Assembly: GCA_035286125.1 (NCBI GenBank) | Contig: JAYKIS010000086.1 | Span: 7,096 to 71,095 of the forward strand | Source of the DNA: Candidatus Sericytochromatia bacterium | GTDB lineage: Bacteria > Cyanobacteriota > Sericytochromatia > S15B-MN24 > VGJW01 | DNA: 64,000 bases | Direction of reading: 5' to 3' | Shown here: positions 25,893 through 34,072 of the stretch, piece by piece | How positions within the stretch are numbered: the stretch's first letter is position 1 | Layout: each line of letters opens with the position of its first letter | The notes under the pieces: model-generated | What the model was told of the DNA's origin: nothing | Seen by the model: the letters and a program-made list of their open reading frames with translations, nothing else | The model's database searches: none | Program-made: the position numbers and the translations under genes

Positions 25893-28879
25893 AGGTCAAT
25901 CTTGGCAAGGTAGCGGCCGTGCTGGCCGTGCTTCAGGTCCTGGGCCAACCCCTGCCGGCGTTGGCCCAGGACCAGGCCGTGCCGGTTCCGCCGATGATGC
26001 CTGCGGGTGGCGGGCCTGGCGCGCCGCCCGCAGGGCGTGTTCCCGCCACGCCGGGCACCCGTGCGCCATTGCCGGCGACCGGGTCCGTCCGCCCCCCGAC
26101 AGCGCCCCGGCCCGAACCGACGGCGCCCCCTTACATCCCGGGCGCCACGGCAAGCCGTTCGGCCCTGCCGGATCCGGACCAGGACGAGGCCACGGGGGAC
26201 ATCCCCCTGGAGGCCAAGCCATTGCCGGCGCCGGCGACAGGTTCGTCGACAGTCCGCCTCAAGGCCGACGTGCTGCGCCAGGACCGTGCGGCGAAGATGG
26301 GGCGCGCCGAGGGACATGTTGCCCTGCAGTACCAGGACATCAGCCTTGAGACCGATTGGCTCGAATATGACCAAGACAAGAAGATCGTCCGTACCGATCG
26401 GCCTTTCACCCTCTTGCAGGCAGCATCGGGGGGGACCCAGCGCATTACGGGCAAGGGCCTGTCGTTCCACCTGGACAGCCGGGATGCCACTGTCCGCCAC
26501 GCCTACCTGACGGTGCCGGCTCCGCAGTCCGGTCAGATCCTGTACGTCACGGCGGACGAGTTGGAATCCCGGGGACGTACGCGCTTCTTTCTGAAGCGGG
26601 GCGTGGTGAGCACCTGCGAGGAAGTCCAGCAGGAGATCACGCCCCACTACCACATTCAGGCCGAGCGGATCGAACTGGTGCCCGACGACTATGTGGTCGG
26701 CTGGAATGCCTGGGTCAACGTCAACAACACCCGCAGCATCTGGCTGCCGTCGTTCTGGTTACCGCTCAAGAAGCGCGAGAGCCGGGCCGAGTTCGGCCAG
26801 AACGAGATTGAGGGACTCTTCGCCAAGACGGGCTTCGGCTATCAGTTGGACCAGAGCCAGTCCGGCACGATTTTCCTGCACATGTTGCAGAAGAAGGGGC
26901 CCGGCATCGGTTTCACGCACCAGATTGCCAATGGCAGTCGGTCGATGACCCAACTGGATGCGTTCGGTCTGCTGCTGCCCGACGCCGCGCCCTCGGGCTC
27001 GGTCGCCATTCACGGCCTGGATGCGGACAACCGCCGCCCCTTCGACGATCGCATGTGGAAGATACGTCACCAGCAGCGGCTGCTGGACACGATGACGCTC
27101 GACCTTTCGCTCGAGGACTGGAACCTCTACACCCTGGCGAATGCCCAGGCCGTCGTGGGCAACAACCTGCAGCGTACTGGCCTGAACGAGGATGTGCTGG
27201 CGACCAAGGACTACAGGCAGGACCATGCCGCCCATACGCTTCAACTGACCGACCAGCGCAACGGTATCAATTGGGGGTTGTCGCGCCAGTTCCGCGACGA
27301 GCGGGGCACGAGGGGACAGCTGTTTCAGGTCTCCACGTCTTACGGTGCCAACGCATCGTGGTCCCGGGACGGGACTTCCGTAAGGTTCCAGACCAATTCC
27401 CAGACCAACCTGCCGCGCCCGCGCCCCGGTGCCACGGGTATCTTCGCGCCCACGACCACGGATCCTGCCAAGCTCGAAAACACCAACCTCGACGGCAACC
27501 TGCAACTTGATCAGCAGTTCGGAACGGGTGTACGGGCTTCGTGGAGCCAACGCTACCGTCGGACGCGTGCACCTGCGGCCTTCGGATCGACCTTGCCGAC
27601 CGAGGTCGAAGAGCTCGAGGAGAAGCTGGACCTGAATCAGGACCTGGGCTGGGCGAGCAGCCGTGTCAGCATGGGCAAGCTGCTGCTGTTCCAGCCCAAT
27701 GGCCTCGAGGCCAAGAACATCAAGGCCAGGAACTACGTCGACAAGCTGCCTGAACTGGATCTCAACCTGAAGCCCCTGTTCGCGGACATCCAGCCCGTTA
27801 CCCTGGGCCTTGATGCCGGTCGCTACTTCGAGTGGAACCAGTACCCCACGGTGTCCCGGAGCACGGCCGAGCAGTCCGCAGCCCTGCGGCCCTACCTTGG
27901 TGCCATCGCCCGCTTCAACCCGTCGCTGTCACTGGGGTCCAGGGCACACGCCATCTTGCCGGGCACCACTGTCGACATGGGTGGAACAGGTTTCAACCAG
28001 CGCTTCTACAGCACGGGTGACGCGGCCTTCGTGCTCAATGTCAATGCCGTGATGGTCTCGCAGGTCGGCGAGGCCCTGCGGCAGACCCTGACCTACAAGC
28101 GCATCGCGCCGGGGGGTGCCGACGACCCTGATGAGAACCGCAGGTCCACCACGCCATTCCAGTTCGATGCCCTGGCGCTCACGCAGCTCAGCCAGTTGGA
28201 CATCGAGGAGCGCCTGGCCCTGACCGGCAAGATGGACTGGACGCACCGGCTCTCCTACGACTACCAGCGTCGCCGCTATGGTGACTACGTCAGCACGCTC
28301 AACCTGACGCCCGATCCCCGTATCACGGGGACCTTGACGAGCAGCTATCGCTTTCGCGAGATGGAATATTTCGAGCCCACGGGCGGGAAATGGGGCAACA
28401 CCGCGCTCGGCCTGACGCTGCGATCGACGCCCGAGGCCTTCGGGGGAGGGTGGGGACGCGAGCAGCTCAACGAGGGCCTGCAGTTGGTGACCCAGCTCAA
28501 TTTCGATCCCGAGAAGGGCAAGCTTGCCAGCCTGACGAACGACCTCGTGGCCTCCTTCGGGACCGCGTGGGACAGTCATTGGGAGCTTTTTGCCGGCGGT
28601 TCGTTCGACCTCGTGACCTCGATTCCCGGTGCCGTGCCCGTGCCCGGCGACCCCGACGCCCGAACCTACCGCATCCGCAGGTTCGGCATCTCGCGTGACC
28701 TGCACGACTTCATCCTGTCCTTCGAATATGACCGCCAGTTCGAATCGTTCATGGTGCGCTTGCGCATGACGGCATTCAACACCGACATCTTCAGTTTCTC
28801 GAACCAGGGGCTTGGCGTCGGTGGCGGTCTGGGTTCGCTGGGATCGGCCCTCGGTGGCGGAGGAGGCATCCTGCCTTGA
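25889..28879 (+). CDS. lptD: LptD/OstA-like outer-membrane LPS assembly protein
   Basis: GTG 25889 (GTGA overlap with lptG). Signal peptide VKVNLGKVAAVLAVLQVLGQPLPALAQ, about 110-aa Pro-rich spacer, OstA-N segment (LKADVLRQDRAAKMGRAEGHVALQYQDISLETDWLEYD), then about 750 aa of beta-rich sequence. Confidence 0.7.
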   Translation: MKVNLGKVAAVLAVLQVLGQPLPALAQDQAVPVPPMMPAGGGPGAPPAGRVPATPGTRAPLPATGSVRPPTAPRPEPTAPPYIPGATASRSALPDPDQDEATGDIPLEAKPLPAPATGSSTVRLKADVLRQDRAAKMGRAEGHVALQYQDISLETDWLEYDQDKKIVRTDRPFTLLQAASGGTQRITGKGLSFHLDSRDATVRHAYLTVPAPQSGQILYVTADELESRGRTRFFLKRGVVSTCEEVQQEITPHYHIQAERIELVPDDYVVGWNAWVNVNNTRSIWLPSFWLPLKKRESRAEFGQNEIEGLFAKTGFGYQLDQSQSGTIFLHMLQKKGPGIGFTHQIANGSRSMTQLDAFGLLLPDAAPSGSVAIHGLDADNRRPFDDRMWKIRHQQRLLDTMTLDLSLEDWNLYTLANAQAVVGNNLQRTGLNEDVLATKDYRQDHAAHTLQLTDQRNGINWGLSRQFRDERGTRGQLFQVSTSYGANASWSRDGTSVRFQTNSQTNLPRPRPGATGIFAPTTTDPAKLENTNLDGNLQLDQQFGTGVRASWSQRYRRTRAPAAFGSTLPTEVEELEEKLDLNQDLGWASSRVSMGKLLLFQPNGLEAKNIKARNYVDKLPELDLNLKPLFADIQPVTLGLDAGRYFEWNQYPTVSRSTAEQSAALRPYLGAIARFNPSLSLGSRAHAILPGTTVDMGGTGFNQRFYSTGDAAFVLNVNAVMVSQVGEALRQTLTYKRIAPGGADDPDENRRSTTPFQFDALALTQLSQLDIEERLALTGKMDWTHRLSYDYQRRRYGDYVSTLNLTPDPRITGTLTSSYRFREMEYFEPTGGKWGNTALGLTLRSTPEAFGGGWGREQLNEGLQLVTQLNFDPEKGKLASLTNDLVASFGTAWDSHWELFAGGSFDLVTSIPGAVPVPGDPDARTYRIRRFGISRDLHDFILSFEYDRQFESFMVRLRMTAFNTDIFSFSNQGLGVGGGLGSLGSALGGGGGILP

Positions 28880-29730
28880 GCACATTCACGCGCCGGCTTC
28901 CCGTCTGGTTGCTTCTGGCCTTGCTGGGCCTGGTCCTTGCCGGTTGTGCCAATCGGGCGATCAATCCCGCCTCCCGCAACAATCTGATCTTCCGTATCCA
29001 GATGCAGGGCAAGGTCCCGGATGATCCCAGGGTGCGCATCTTCTTTGTCGTGGATGCCTCGGGACAGGTGGGCCAGGGACCCAAGACCTTCGGCCCGTGG
29101 CTGCGGGACCGTCCCATCATCGGGGCGGATTTCCCCGTCTACCTCGGCAGCGACATGGCCTCGCTCTCCGTGCCACCGGGGACGCTCTTCAAGCAAGCGC
29201 TCGAGCCCAATTCGTGGACCAATGCCTTCGTCTACACGACGGCAGGCGGCAGGCGGCTCGAGCATTGGGAGCAGACCTACGATCCCGCCACCAATGCCCG
29301 GGTCGTGCTGCCCGTCATCGCGGCGCGCCCGCCCCTCATCGAGAACCAGGACTGGCGCGTCACGAGTTCGCGAGGGACGGCACCCGGCGTTCCCCAGGAC
29401 GTGCTCGAACTGACGATACCGTTCTCACTCTTCGGGCGTGACCTGACGGCGCTCAATCCGGCGCAGGTGCAGGCCAACCTCGTGGTCCAGGCGGCGCCGC
29501 CGCTCGAGGACACCTCGATCGGTGCCACCACGGAGCGTGCGGGCTACAAGATCGATCAATGGAACTTGCTCGACAACGGCTACTTCGCCTTGTCCGTGAG
29601 CAAGGCCAGCCCCGTGGATCGCAAGGACGCGCCGCATGTCGGGGCCCTGTTCCCGATCAATGTCCCCTCCGGGGTGGATGTCGCCGACTGCACGCTCAAA
29701 GGCTATACGTCCGAGGTGCGCGGCCTGTAG
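28876..29730 (+). CDS. lipoprotein of unknown function, translationally coupled to lptD (candidate LptE analogue)
   Basis: TTG start 28876 overlapping the lptD stop (TTGA). Signal peptide and lipobox LVLAGC. 284 aa with no recognised motifs. Confidence 0.65.
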   Translation: MSTFTRRLPVWLLLALLGLVLAGCANRAINPASRNNLIFRIQMQGKVPDDPRVRIFFVVDASGQVGQGPKTFGPWLRDRPIIGADFPVYLGSDMASLSVPPGTLFKQALEPNSWTNAFVYTTAGGRRLEHWEQTYDPATNARVVLPVIAARPPLIENQDWRVTSSRGTAPGVPQDVLELTIPFSLFGRDLTALNPAQVQANLVVQAAPPLEDTSIGATTERAGYKIDQWNLLDNGYFALSVSKASPVDRKDAPHVGALFPINVPSGVDVADCTLKGYTSEVRGL

Positions 29731-29771
29731 GGGCCCGACGCCCGGAGGGCGAGCGGCGGTTGCGGGTATGC

Positions 29772-30830
29772 ATGCCTTGCCGGGATCATCCGGCTGCGGG
29801 GTGTGCCTTGAATCTTGGGGACCTGGGCGACGACTGGCGGGCGCTGAGGGGGGTCGATTCCCTTCGGCAGTCCGAGGTTCCCGTCGTGGAGGGAGCTTCG
29901 TGGCCCGACCCCGTGACGATTGAGGATGCCTGGCAACTGCTGCGGGAAGGGTATCTGGAGCGGGCACTGGCCTTCTGGGTCGACGGTACGGATGTCGATT
30001 ACGCCTCGACCGGGCTGGGCCTCGCCTGTGCCCTGACGCTGCAGGAGAGCGGTCGCCCGGAGGAAGCGGACGCCTTGTATGGAAGAGTCCTCGGGCGAGA
30101 CGGGACATCGGCACGTGGCTGGTACTTGAGGGGCTTGCTGGCGCTCGAACGCGGGCGCGCAGGCGATGCGGCCGAGGCTCTGGAGAAGGCCGTGGCTTGC
30201 GAGCCCGGGGCTTCGCTGGCGTGGTCCGCGCTGGGTCAGGCGCGCTGGGAAGCGGGCGATCGGCAAGGTGCGCGCGAGGCCTTGTCCGAAGCCCTGGCGC
30301 TCGAGCCGGCGGATGGGCCTGCGAGGCAGCAGTTGGCGCTGCTCCTGCTCGAGGAAGGCCACCTCGCCGAGGCCCGGGCAGAGCTTGCGTTCATCCTCAG
30401 GGAGGATCCGACCGATGTGCAGGCTTGGCTCCATCTGGGGCAGGTCGAGGCTGCTGCAGGGGACTGGCCCGCCGTCATGAAGGCGCACGAACGCGCCGCC
30501 GAGATTCAACCCGATTGGCCGGAGCCCTGGGTTCGGTTGGCGACCCTCGCCTGGAATGCGGGACAGCTCGAGGCCTCGGAAGCCAGCCTGCGCCTGGCGA
30601 CGGCCCTCGATCCCCATCACATGGAGGCGCATCGCCTGCTGGCGCTGATTGCCCATCGCCGCGGTGACGCCGTCGAGAGCCTGCGACACGCTGATTTGAT
30701 GCTGATGGAGGCACCGGAGGCCCCGGATGGTTTCCTGTTCAGGGCAGGCGCCCTGGCCCGCCAAGGCAGGGAACAGGAAGCCGAATTGGCATTGGGCAGG
30801 TGGTTGGCCGTGGCTGTCGGGGAGGATTGA
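29772..30830 (+). CDS. TPR-repeat protein
   Basis: ORF 29559..30830 trimmed to the first ATG after the upstream stop (29772). Multiple 34-aa TPR units (AWSALGQARWEAGDRQGAREALSEALALEPADG, AWLHLGQVEAAAGDWPAVMKAHERAAEIQPDW). The start is uncertain. Confidence 0.7.
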   Translation: MPCRDHPAAGCALNLGDLGDDWRALRGVDSLRQSEVPVVEGASWPDPVTIEDAWQLLREGYLERALAFWVDGTDVDYASTGLGLACALTLQESGRPEEADALYGRVLGRDGTSARGWYLRGLLALERGRAGDAAEALEKAVACEPGASLAWSALGQARWEAGDRQGAREALSEALALEPADGPARQQLALLLLEEGHLAEARAELAFILREDPTDVQAWLHLGQVEAAAGDWPAVMKAHERAAEIQPDWPEPWVRLATLAWNAGQLEASEASLRLATALDPHHMEAHRLLALIAHRRGDAVESLRHADLMLMEAPEAPDGFLFRAGALARQGREQEAELALGRWLAVAVGED

Positions 30831-31837
30831 TGGGCATCAACTTGCTTAATGAGGCGCGTTGGCTCTGGAAGCAGACGTCGAAGGCTGCCAAGCCTGTCGT
30901 GGACAAGGCAACGAAGACGGTTTCCGAGGTCGTCGCGAAGGGAAGCGCCGCCCGTGCGTCGGCATTGGCCTCGCACGCGCAGGTCCGCAAGGAGCAGCAG
31001 CAAGCCCGGATGAGGGACATTGCGCCCGAGCGTCACAACCCTGTCCAGAAGACCGTCCTCAACCTTCTGGATCAGGTCGGCAGGACCGGCAATGGCTTCC
31101 TGGCTGCCCAGGAAAAGTTCGTGAAGGATGCCGGTGCACGTGCCGTACAGTTGGCGGGTACCTTGCCGGTTGTCGGCGGCGTTGCCCGCAAGGTGCTTGA
31201 TCATCAGGTCAGGAACTTCGCGATGCTCAACGAGTTCAGCCAGGGGGTCATAAAGGGTGTCGGCAGCAACGTCGGCGGTCTGGTCGCCGCGGCGGCCACG
31301 CCCAAGAAGACGGCCCTGGGCCTGGTGGATCTGGCTGCGCACCTGCCGGTTCCCGGCAACCCGGTCCGACTTGCCCAGGAGGTCTTCCGGGCTCGCCAGG
31401 CAGGCGGTGATGTCCGGGCGGCTGTCGCCTACGCTCTGGACCCGGATCAGGCGATCAAGGATGACGGAGCGTTCTTCCAGGCTGTCGGCAAGGGCTTGAT
31501 TTCGAACTACAGCGAGTCGTGGCAACAGGGCCGGTATGCCGAGGCCCTGGGCCGGCTGACGCTCGATGTCGTTTCCGTGGTGGGGACCGGTGGCGGGGGC
31601 GCAGCGACCAAGTCTGCCAAGACCCTGGATGCCGTCTCCGATGTCGCGACGGTTGGCCACAAGGTCCTCGGGGCGGCCGATGATGGGGTCCGACAGGCCG
31701 GCGGCCTTGCGGGCTCTGCGGATGACGCCCTTGGCAGTGTGAACAAGGTGGATGATGTCGTGTCCGGTGCGTCCGGCAAGCTTCAGAACGCGACGGACAT
31801 CGGGGACAAGGTGGCCAACCGGGACGACGAAGGCTAG
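30830..31837 (+). CDS. hypothetical protein (Ala/Gly/Val-rich, helical; weak resemblance to pre-toxin TG-type domains)
   Basis: ATG 30830 overlaps the TPR stop (TGATG). 335 aa. The segment YAEALGRLTLDVVSVVGTGGGGAATKSAK is reminiscent of the PT-TG motif. No recognisable C-terminal enzymatic domain. Confidence 0.55.
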   Translation: MGINLLNEARWLWKQTSKAAKPVVDKATKTVSEVVAKGSAARASALASHAQVRKEQQQARMRDIAPERHNPVQKTVLNLLDQVGRTGNGFLAAQEKFVKDAGARAVQLAGTLPVVGGVARKVLDHQVRNFAMLNEFSQGVIKGVGSNVGGLVAAAATPKKTALGLVDLAAHLPVPGNPVRLAQEVFRARQAGGDVRAAVAYALDPDQAIKDDGAFFQAVGKGLISNYSESWQQGRYAEALGRLTLDVVSVVGTGGGGAATKSAKTLDAVSDVATVGHKVLGAADDGVRQAGGLAGSADDALGSVNKVDDVVSGASGKLQNATDIGDKVANRDDEG

Positions 31838-31981
31838 TCGCCCGCATGCTCCCCCTGTATGTCCCTGGCCGGCTCCCTACGGCGCAGGGCGCCCCCCTTT
31901 CGGAAGGCGCCCTCGTGCGACCGATGCGCGACCCTTAGCCGCGGCGGGCCTTGCGGACCTCGCCGGACAGGTCGTCCAGGC

Positions 31982-32167
31982 TCATGCGGGACTGCAGCTT
32001 CTCGACCTTCGTGAAGCTGCCCCGTCCTGGCGATCTGCCGCGTTGGCACTCCGGACATCCTGCAAGTTGGTGCGCAGGCCCTTGGCCTCGTCGAGGGACA
32101 GGCTGCCGTCCTTCTTGCCGGCCTTGATGCGGGACGAGATGTTCTGGGTGAACTGACCGATCTTCAT
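31982..32167 (-). CDS. small hypothetical protein; the 3' end is possibly frameshifted
   Basis: ATG 32167 preceded by GGAGGAGTCCACC. MKIGQFTQNISSRIKAGKKDGSLSLDEAKGLRTNLQDVRSANAADRQDG, followed by an R/S-rich tail. Another frame continues as SFTKVEKLQSRMSLDDLSGEVRKARRG to TAA at 31935. Confidence 0.4.
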   Translation of the reverse strand: MKIGQFTQNISSRIKAGKKDGSLSLDEAKGLRTNLQDVRSANAADRQDGAASRRSRSCSPA

Positions 32168-32363
32168 GGTGGACTCCTCCTTGTCGTGCCAGGCGGTCCC
32201 CCGACCACCTGCCTCACGAAAGGGTCATCCGCAGACCTGCTCACCGGGCGCTCACCGGGGGAAGTGAAATGGGGCACGTCCGGGGGCCATATTGGGAGGG
32301 GAGAGGGCGGCAGATGGATCGACGGGCCAGACAACAGGAAGGGTTCGTGCGGCCTGTTTTGCG

Positions 32364-33812
32364 TCAGAGGGTGCGGACCGTCACGATGAAGGCGCCTGAG
32401 TTATCCGAGGCTATCGAGTCATTGTAAGCAAGGAACAGACGCCCCGAGGGCAGGCTCAGCGTGCGTCCTGCGCCAATCAGGAACGGGGTTCCCGTGGCTC
32501 CTACCTTGCCAATCAGGGCAGTAACGCCTAGGGAGGGTACCAATGCGTCCGCAATGGCGATATTGACGCCTTCAGGCCCCCTACCGGGACCGCCAGGGCC
32601 ATCGTTCCAGGCCAGGCCGGAGGCTGAGAAGGCGACCCTGCCTGAGCTCGGCAAGTCTATGCCCGAATCCTGCCAGACGGAGAAGTTGGAGCCATCGCGC
32701 GCGGCAGCCTGCACGGCGAAGGTCCGAGGTGTCCCGGTGTTCACGGCGGTACGGACAAGACGGAATCCGATATCCGTGTCCCTGTCTCCCGGCCAGGTAT
32801 CGTTGCGCGCCGCTGCCCGTACGGTGTACACCCCGCTCCAGCAGCACGAGCCGCCGCGAATGATCCGCCTGGCCGCGTTATCTGGCCCTCTCGGGTTTGT
32901 CACGCCAACCGAAGGATAGGTCGAGGGACCGTCCTGGACCCATTCCACCAGGTTTCCTGCGAGGTCATACAGCCCCCAGGCATTGGGAACCTTGAGACCC
33001 ACCAGATTGGGTGATCCTGTTCCGAACCACGCCACGTCGACCACGCGTGCGGGGTCGTGGCCGTTGTACCAAGGCGTGGTCGTGCCTGCCCGATAGGCGT
33101 GCTCCCATTCAGCTTCGGTCGGCAAGCGCCAGCCGACGGCAAGGTCGGGTGTTCCGGCCTCGAGCGTCGCGCTGCTGCAGCCATAGTTTCCGGAACCTGG
33201 GGTCCCCGAGCAGCCGGCAATGGCGTAGGCCGGGGGCAGGCCATCGCGAATGGACATGGCGTTCGCGCAGGCTACCGCGTCAAACCAGCTCACGCGTTCG
33301 ACCGGGCGTTGGGCGTGGCCCGTGAAACCCGAGGGATTGTTGCCCATCACGGCCTGCCAAGACCCTTGGGTCATCTCTGTTGCCTGCATCCAGTAGCCAT
33401 ACGTCAGCGTGACAGGGTGCGGAATCTCACTCTGGCTACGCCCCACCTCGCTGAGGGGTGAACCCATCTGGAAGGTCCCGGGCGGAACGAAAACCGTTCC
33501 CGGAGGTGGGGCAGCGGTGGGTGTCGGCGTTGGCGCTGCCGTAGCTGCAGGACCTGGCGTTACCCGCGGTACCTTGGGACGCGGTGTGGGTTTTCGACGC
33601 TTGGGCGGCGGCGTGGGCTTGGCCCGTGCAAGAATCCGGCGATCACCCCCCGTGTTTTCGACGAAGTCTTGCAGGGGGCCTACAGAAGTCCCGTCACCCG
33701 GTCCCGCGGAACATCCGAGTACCAGCAGGGCCAAGGCTCTTCCTGTCCTCCGCCCTCTCGTGGCGATTTGTGATGTGGGAGTGCTCGGCATGCAAGCGGA
33801 GCAAACCCGCAT
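32364..33812 (-). CDS. lipoprotein with FGE-sulfatase (SUMF1) domain and C-terminal PA-IL/LecA-like lectin domain
   Basis: Lipobox ALLVLGC. FGE-type motifs PVTLTYGYWMQATEMTQGSW, RVSWFDAVACAN, WRLPTEAEWEHAYRAG, NAWGLYDLAGNLVEW, RIIRGGS. The C-terminus (RVAFSASGLAWNDGPGG..ALIGKVGATGTPFLIGAG..LFLAYNDSIASDNSGAFIVTV) parallels P. aeruginosa LecA. The start is ATG 33812 or 33791. Confidence 0.8.
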   Translation of the reverse strand: MRVCSACMPSTPTSQIATRGRRTGRALALLVLGCSAGPGDGTSVGPLQDFVENTGGDRRILARAKPTPPPKRRKPTPRPKVPRVTPGPAATAAPTPTPTAAPPPGTVFVPPGTFQMGSPLSEVGRSQSEIPHPVTLTYGYWMQATEMTQGSWQAVMGNNPSGFTGHAQRPVERVSWFDAVACANAMSIRDGLPPAYAIAGCSGTPGSGNYGCSSATLEAGTPDLAVGWRLPTEAEWEHAYRAGTTTPWYNGHDPARVVDVAWFGTGSPNLVGLKVPNAWGLYDLAGNLVEWVQDGPSTYPSVGVTNPRGPDNAARRIIRGGSCCWSGVYTVRAAARNDTWPGDRDTDIGFRLVRTAVNTGTPRTFAVQAAARDGSNFSVWQDSGIDLPSSGRVAFSASGLAWNDGPGGPGRGPEGVNIAIADALVPSLGVTALIGKVGATGTPFLIGAGRTLSLPSGRLFLAYNDSIASDNSGAFIVTVRTL

Positions 33813-34072
33813 AGTTGGATTTTCAAACCACGGGGTCTCCACAACCTTTGCCCGGCAATCGTGGCGGGAAGCCGCATGCTGCCAGTCTGGGCGGCATCGT
33901 CGGCTTTGTCGTCTGGTCTCGGGTGATCCATCGCAAGCGGGTTGGCAAGGTCCGTGGGGGCCCATGCCCCGGCTATGCCGCAGGCAGTCGGGGCAGGGCC
34001 TGTAGTCAGGCCTTTGGGCCGTGGGGTTGAACGGACGACCGGCGTGGTACATGGCCGGGGTCCGGACCCTCC

